Positions 59,038 through 64,000 of a stretch of 64,000 nt of DNA are shown here, in pieces (the first letter of the stretch is position 1; every line of letters starts with the position of its first letter). The notes under the pieces are model-generated. The model saw only the letters and a list, made by a program, of their open reading frames with translations. It did not search any database and was not told where the DNA came from. The position numbers and the translations under genes were made by a program. Location: the NCBI GenBank assembly GCA_965649055.1, contig CBFGJG010000004.1:1-64000 (forward strand). Reading direction: 5' to 3'. Source of the stretch: a candidate division WOR-3 bacterium. Its GTDB lineage: Bacteria; Hydrothermota; UBA3072; B12-G15.

Positions 59038-60169
59038 CATTGTTGTCTTTGGCCAGTATCTTGATATACCTGATGTTACTGTTTATGGTGAAAAAGAGAT
59101 AAACATTATTCCACCAAAGAAAAGCACACTTTTTTTTGTTGTAAAACCAGATTCTTTCGTCCTGAAAGATAAAGAAATAGAAATATCGGAAGGAAAGGAT
59201 ATAGAAAAATACGAGATGAAAAATTTTGGTTTTTACACAAAATTTTCCATTGGTTCTTTCTTTGATACTTCCCTTGTTTCTTTTGATGAAAGATTCAGTT
59301 TCTTTGCTCAAAAAGAGTATCTGCCTATACTTTTTGATGCCTTCATAAGAAGGGATTTTAAGTTTTATGATTATGATGTTTCAGGTAATCTTTCTTTCCA
59401 TCCATACGATGGACATTCTTTTTTCGCGGAATACTCTAAGTTAAAATCAGATTCTATAGAAGAAATATTTGGTTTGAACTATCTTTTTTCAAATAGATTT
59501 GGAGATTTCAAGATAGGATTATTTACAGGAAATAGTGATATATACATTCTCTCTAACCTTAATTTTAGATTTAGAAATTATAACATTTCATTCAATATTT
59601 TCGACCTTTTCTTTCCTGATTCAAATTTTTTTCTTTCATTATCATACGATTTAAATGAATTTTCAAGAATAGGATTTTGTTTTAAAAAATATCCGTTACC
59701 GGTCTTTACATACATTATACCTGTAAATGATTTTTACCTAAAAGGAGAGTTTTCAAGTAGCAGGTATCCGTTTCTTCAAAATATTATTATATCGTATTTT
59801 GAACAATTTTTCATATGCGATAAATACAGAATTTCATTGGGGTATAAATTATTAAAATCTGGATATGCAGCCATTTTTATGAATGATAGTGTATTCCATG
59901 GATTTTCATTCTCAATATATAAGCCTTTTAACTTTAATATATATTATATATTTGATAATAAAATCTTCATAAATTCCGATATGGAATTAAATCTGATGGA
60001 CAGATTCATTTTTACACTCCTTTTTTCATATCGAAATGGTGTAAATGTAAAGGCAGAGGCTGAATTCATTATAAATGAAATGCTCTCTCTTTTTATTGAA
60101 TCCATATCATCATATGAAATTGACTCTTATAATATTAGAACAGGATTAAAAATAAGGAAGGTTTTCTAA
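58997..60169 (+). CDS. Hypothetical exported, possibly outer-membrane beta-rich protein
   Basis: Signal-like N-terminus, PDVTVYGE, aromatic beta-strand pattern, C-terminal Phe. Confidence 0.5.
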   Translation: MKKMQKLFLIVFVSIVVFGQYLDIPDVTVYGEKEINIIPPKKSTLFFVVKPDSFVLKDKEIEISEGKDIEKYEMKNFGFYTKFSIGSFFDTSLVSFDERFSFFAQKEYLPILFDAFIRRDFKFYDYDVSGNLSFHPYDGHSFFAEYSKLKSDSIEEIFGLNYLFSNRFGDFKIGLFTGNSDIYILSNLNFRFRNYNISFNIFDLFFPDSNFFLSLSYDLNEFSRIGFCFKKYPLPVFTYIIPVNDFYLKGEFSSSRYPFLQNIIISYFEQFFICDKYRISLGYKLLKSGYAAIFMNDSVFHGFSFSIYKPFNFNIYYIFDNKIFINSDMELNLMDRFIFTLLFSYRNGVNVKAEAEFIINEMLSLFIESISSYEIDSYNIRTGLKIRKVF

Positions 60170-60170
60170 T

Positions 60171-60896
60171 ATGGAAAGAAGGATACTTTTATCAATTGCT
60201 GGTTTTGACCCGACAGGGCTTGCAGGTATATTAAGGGATATTCAGGTTTTTAATTCTCTTGGTTTTCATGGTTGCGGTATGGTAACATCTTTAACCATTC
60301 AAAGTTCAAAAAAAGTATTCAAAAAAAAGGATATTCCACAAAAATATATATTTGAATCACTTTCAAAAATAAACCTTGATATATCCGGGATAAAAATAGG
60401 TATGTTAAATAATGAGAAGAGTGCTATGGAGGTCTTAAAATACATTGAACATTCAAGGATTAAAAATATAGTATTAGACCCTGTCCTTTTTTCAACTTCA
60501 GGTTACAGGCTGATAAACGAAAAGGGTATTAAATTTATGAAAGAAAGAATTTTTCCTTTTGTTTTATCTATTACCCCCAACCTTTTTGAGGCAAAAGCCC
60601 TTACCGGTGAGAAAAAAATAGAGAAGATTTTAGAAAAACTTAAAAGATTAATCAGTGGTTTTGTGATACTTAAAAATATCGATGGGGTCGATATATTTTT
60701 TGATGGTTCAAATCTTGTAGAGATAGAACCCTATCATAGGTTGAAAGATGCAAAGATGCATGGTTCTGGATGTGTTTTTTCTTCTGCATTGCTATCGTAT
60801 CTTTCAAAAAATATGAATCATTTACAGGCTGCAAAAATGGCAAAGAAATATACTGAAGAAGAAATAATTAGTTTTTTAAAGAAACCTGTTGACTAA
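60171..60896 (+). CDS. thiD: Hydroxymethylpyrimidine/phosphomethylpyrimidine kinase
   Basis: SIAGFDPTGLAGI..D, KIGML, LDPV, TPNL.EA, HGSGC. Confidence 0.88.
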   Translation: MERRILLSIAGFDPTGLAGILRDIQVFNSLGFHGCGMVTSLTIQSSKKVFKKKDIPQKYIFESLSKINLDISGIKIGMLNNEKSAMEVLKYIEHSRIKNIVLDPVLFSTSGYRLINEKGIKFMKERIFPFVLSITPNLFEAKALTGEKKIEKILEKLKRLISGFVILKNIDGVDIFFDGSNLVEIEPYHRLKDAKMHGSGCVFSSALLSYLSKNMNHLQAAKMAKKYTEEEIISFLKKPVD

Positions 60897-60916
60897 AATT
60901 TATGTTGTTTTAATAT
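60889..60916 (+). promoter_or_regulatory. Probable promoter for accB-pilT-accC-mglA
   Basis: TTGACT-N16-TAATAT upstream of a GAGG RBS. Confidence 0.5.
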
Positions 60917-60935
60917 ATAAAAAAGAGAGGTAAAT

Positions 60936-61406
60936 ATGAAAATAGAGTTTATAAAAAAGCTTATTGAATTACTTGAAAATAGTAATATTAATGAGATAGA
61001 GATAAAGAGGTTCGGGACATCTCTAAGAATAGTAAAATTAAAAAATCAGATTATCACAAATTTTCAGGAAACACCAAATCCGGTGAAGGTTCAGACACAT
61101 CAGGTGAAAGAAAAGGAAGAAAAGGTAGAAACGAAGAAAGAAGAAGTAAAAGAGAAGAAAGATTATCTTATGATTAAATCTCCGATGGTTGGAACATTTT
61201 ACAGGGCACCGGCACCAGATGCCCCACCTTTTGTTGAACTCGGTGATATTGTAAAACCAGGCCAGACTGTTTGTATTATTGAAGCTATGAAGATAATGAA
61301 TGAGATAAAATCAGAATTTAGCGGTAAAATTGTTGAAATACCTGTTAAAAATGAACAACCGGTTGAATTTGGGCAGGTTTTATTCCTTCTTGAACCATTA
61401 AAATAG
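60936..61406 (+). CDS. accB: Biotin carboxyl carrier protein
   Basis: [23 protein letters not shown]. Confidence 0.95.
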   Translation: MKIEFIKKLIELLENSNINEIEIKRFGTSLRIVKLKNQIITNFQETPNPVKVQTHQVKEKEEKVETKKEEVKEKKDYLMIKSPMVGTFYRAPAPDAPPFVELGDIVKPGQTVCIIEAMKIMNEIKSEFSGKIVEIPVKNEQPVEFGQVLFLLEPLK

Positions 61407-61414
61407 GAGGGAAA

Positions 61415-62509
61415 TTGGAGCTTAGACCCATTCTTGAAAAGATGGTAAAGATGGATGCTTCAGACCTGCATTTAAAAGTAGGTCTTCCACCTATTTTAAG
61501 GGTGCATGGAAGACTTACCCCTTTAAATATGCAGCCGCTTACCAATGATGACCTGAAGGAAGCTGCTGCTTCACTTATGACAAAACAACAACAGGAAGAA
61601 TTTGTAAAGAGGAAGGAAGCTGATTTTGCTGTAGGATTGAAAGGTCTTGCAAGATTCCGTGTGAACTGTTATGTCCAGAGGGGAAGTATTGCAATCGCGA
61701 TGAGGACAATACCACACGTGATAAGGTCAATTGATGAGTTAAACCTTCCTCAAATCCTGAAAGATATTTCCCTTTATCCAAGAGGGCTTATACTCGCAAC
61801 GGGAACAACCGGTTCAGGTAAGTCAACAACACTTGCTGCAATGATTGAATACATAAATCAGAATGTCTCGAAACATATCATAACAGTTGAGGACCCTATA
61901 GAGTATCTTTTCAGGGATAAAAAATCAGTGATTTCTCAAAGAGAGGTAGGAACAGATACATATTCTTTTGCAGATTCACTGAGGTATATTTTAAGGCAGG
62001 ACCCTGATGTTATAATGATAGGTGAGATAAGGGACGTTGATACAATGGATACTGCTCTAAAAGCAGCTGATACAGGCCATCTTGTTCTTTCAACATTACA
62101 CACCTTAAATGCTGCTGAAACAATAAACAGGATTATAAGTTTTTATCCACCACACCAGCAACAACACATAAGGGTTTTACTTTCTGCAACACTTGTAGCT
62201 GTTGTATCATTGAGACTGCTCCCGCTTAAAGATAAAACTGGAATGATACCTGCAACAGAGATTCTTATCTCAACACCTACAATAAGGGAATATCTACTTG
62301 ACCCTGTTAAAACATTGAAGATTCCACAGGCAATTACGGAAGGCAGTCAGTATGGAATGCATTCATTTGACCAGTGTATAATGGATTATTATAAAAGGGA
62401 TTTGATTGATTATGAAACAGCTATAAACAATTCGACTAATCCTGATGAATTCAAGATGAAGTTGAAAGGAATAGAAACATCCACTGAAGCAGGTTGGGGC
62501 GGGGCTTGA
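61415..62509 (+). CDS. pilT: Type IV pilus retraction ATPase, PilT/PilU family
   Basis: [52 protein letters not shown]. Confidence 0.92.
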   Translation: MELRPILEKMVKMDASDLHLKVGLPPILRVHGRLTPLNMQPLTNDDLKEAAASLMTKQQQEEFVKRKEADFAVGLKGLARFRVNCYVQRGSIAIAMRTIPHVIRSIDELNLPQILKDISLYPRGLILATGTTGSGKSTTLAAMIEYINQNVSKHIITVEDPIEYLFRDKKSVISQREVGTDTYSFADSLRYILRQDPDVIMIGEIRDVDTMDTALKAADTGHLVLSTLHTLNAAETINRIISFYPPHQQQHIRVLLSATLVAVVSLRLLPLKDKTGMIPATEILISTPTIREYLLDPVKTLKIPQAITEGSQYGMHSFDQCIMDYYKRDLIDYETAINNSTNPDEFKMKLKGIETSTEAGWGGA

Positions 62510-63849
62510 GTATAAAAAAATTACTTGTTGCAAACAGAGGTGAAATAGCGGTAAGAATTATAAGGGCTGCAAAAGAACTCGGAATAAAGACTGTTGCAGT
62601 ATTTTCTGAAGGTGATGAGAATTCCCTCCATATATTCCTTGCAGATGAGTCCGTAAGAATAGGTCCAGCAAACCCAAAGAAAAGCTATCTTAATATACCA
62701 ATGATAATAAGTGCAGCTGAGGTTTCAGGAGCTGATGCAATCCACCCGGGATATGGTTTTCTTGCTGAAAATCCCGTTTTTGCAGATACATGCATTGATA
62801 GTGGTTTTATATTCGTTGGTCCTTCCCCTGATGCAATAAGAAAAATGGGTGATAAATCAGAGGCAAAGAAGACAATGAAGCAAGCTGGTGTTCCTGTTGT
62901 CCCGGGGAGTGAAGAACCTTTAAAAAATGTTGAGGAGGCAATAGAGATTTCAAAAGAGATTGGTTTCCCTGTAATTCTAAAGGCAGTGAGCGGTGGTGGC
63001 GGAAAGGGTATGAGGGTTGCTTACAATGAAAAAGAACTTTATGCTAATTTTAGAATGGCTTCTTCAGAGGCAGAAGCAGCATTCGGTGACGGAAGAATAT
63101 ATATAGAGAAGTATATTGAGAACCCAAGACATATTGAGATTCAGGTCATGGGTGATATGATGGGTAATGTTGTTCATCTTGGAGAAAGAGAATGTTCAAT
63201 CCAGAGAAAGCATCAAAAATTACTCGAAGAGGCACCTTCCACCATTGTGGATGAGAAAATGAGGGAAGAAATGGGAAGGATAGCTGTGAAAGGTGCAAAG
63301 AAAATAGGATATTATTCAGCAGGAACAATGGAATTTATTGTGGATAAGAATAAAAATTTCTATTTTATGGAAATGAACACAAGAATACAGGTTGAACATC
63401 CTGTTACTGAAATGGTGACAGGTTTTGATCTTGTAAAAGAGCAGATACTGGTTGCAATGGGAGAGAAACTGAGTTTTACTCAGAAGGATATAAGATTTAA
63501 AGGACATGCTATTGAGGCAAGGATAAATTCTGAAAGTCCCGAGAATGGTTTCATACCCAGTGTCGGAAAGATAAATTCAATTCATATACCGGGTGGTAAT
63601 GGTGTAAGGATTGACACACATCTTTATCATGGATACAATATTCCACCATATTACGATTCCCTTATAATGAAGATAATTACACACGGAAGGGATAGGAATG
63701 AGGCGATTCTGAGGATGAAAAGGGTTCTTGATGAAATAATTATAGATGGTGTCCAGACAACGATAGGACTTCATAAAAAAATTCTTGAAAACGAAAACTT
63801 TCTAAAAGGTGAAATAAATACAAATTTTCTACAAACTATGGGTATATAA
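62506..63849 (+). CDS. accC: Biotin carboxylase
   Basis: [38 protein letters not shown]; likely TTG start at 62506. Confidence 0.96.
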   Translation: MSIKKLLVANRGEIAVRIIRAAKELGIKTVAVFSEGDENSLHIFLADESVRIGPANPKKSYLNIPMIISAAEVSGADAIHPGYGFLAENPVFADTCIDSGFIFVGPSPDAIRKMGDKSEAKKTMKQAGVPVVPGSEEPLKNVEEAIEISKEIGFPVILKAVSGGGGKGMRVAYNEKELYANFRMASSEAEAAFGDGRIYIEKYIENPRHIEIQVMGDMMGNVVHLGERECSIQRKHQKLLEEAPSTIVDEKMREEMGRIAVKGAKKIGYYSAGTMEFIVDKNKNFYFMEMNTRIQVEHPVTEMVTGFDLVKEQILVAMGEKLSFTQKDIRFKGHAIEARINSESPENGFIPSVGKINSIHIPGGNGVRIDTHLYHGYNIPPYYDSLIMKIITHGRDRNEAILRMKRVLDEIIIDGVQTTIGLHKKILENENFLKGEINTNFLQTMGI

Positions 63850-64000
63850 TGTCTATAATAAGATTTGGTTCAAGGGAAATAACCTGTAAGATAGTTTACT
63901 ATGGACCCGGAAGGGCAGGAAAGACCACCAATCTCCAGTATCTTTATTCGAGGATTCCAGCAACAAGAAGGAGCGAACTTGTATCCCTTGCAACGGAAAC
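63849..64000 (+). CDS. mglA: MglA-family small GTPase (partial, runs off the window; absent from the ORF track)
   Basis: Manual translation [33 protein letters not shown]...LVSLATE. Confidence 0.88.
   Translation, partial: MSIIRFGSREITCKIVYYGPGRAGKTTNLQYLYSRIPATRRSELVSLATE

Overview
AT-rich bacterial chromosome segment, mostly housekeeping genes. The diderm envelope genes, gingipain-like C25 peptidase and T9SS-like C-terminal domains suggest an FCB-related lineage such as WOR-3 (inference only). 1-9.8 kb: surface-glycan and secreted-protein genes, separated by four arrays of a structured REP-like hairpin repeat. 9.8-19.6 kb (minus): proS-rimP-nusA-infB-DUF503-rbfA-nrnA-lpdA-PIF1/WYL helicase. 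19.7-20.8 kb is non-coding and holds a consensus promoter, a boxA, DnaA-box-like and IHF-like sites, an orphan one-spacer CRISPR array whose spacer is antisense to an RBS plus start codon, and decayed four-helix-bundle gene fragments with heptamer repeats. Next come a split gingipain-like protease (propeptide on its own gene), HU, thiL, a plsY-secDF-pdxJ-folC-msbA cluster, addAB (addB apparently starting at ATA), an SBP-HK-RR-EAL signalling operon, rpoZ-coaBC-udg-dnaB-radA-ispF, and accB-pilT-accC-mglA. No cas, rRNA, tRNA or transposase genes were recognised. All assignments come from motif recognition by eye; no searches were run.
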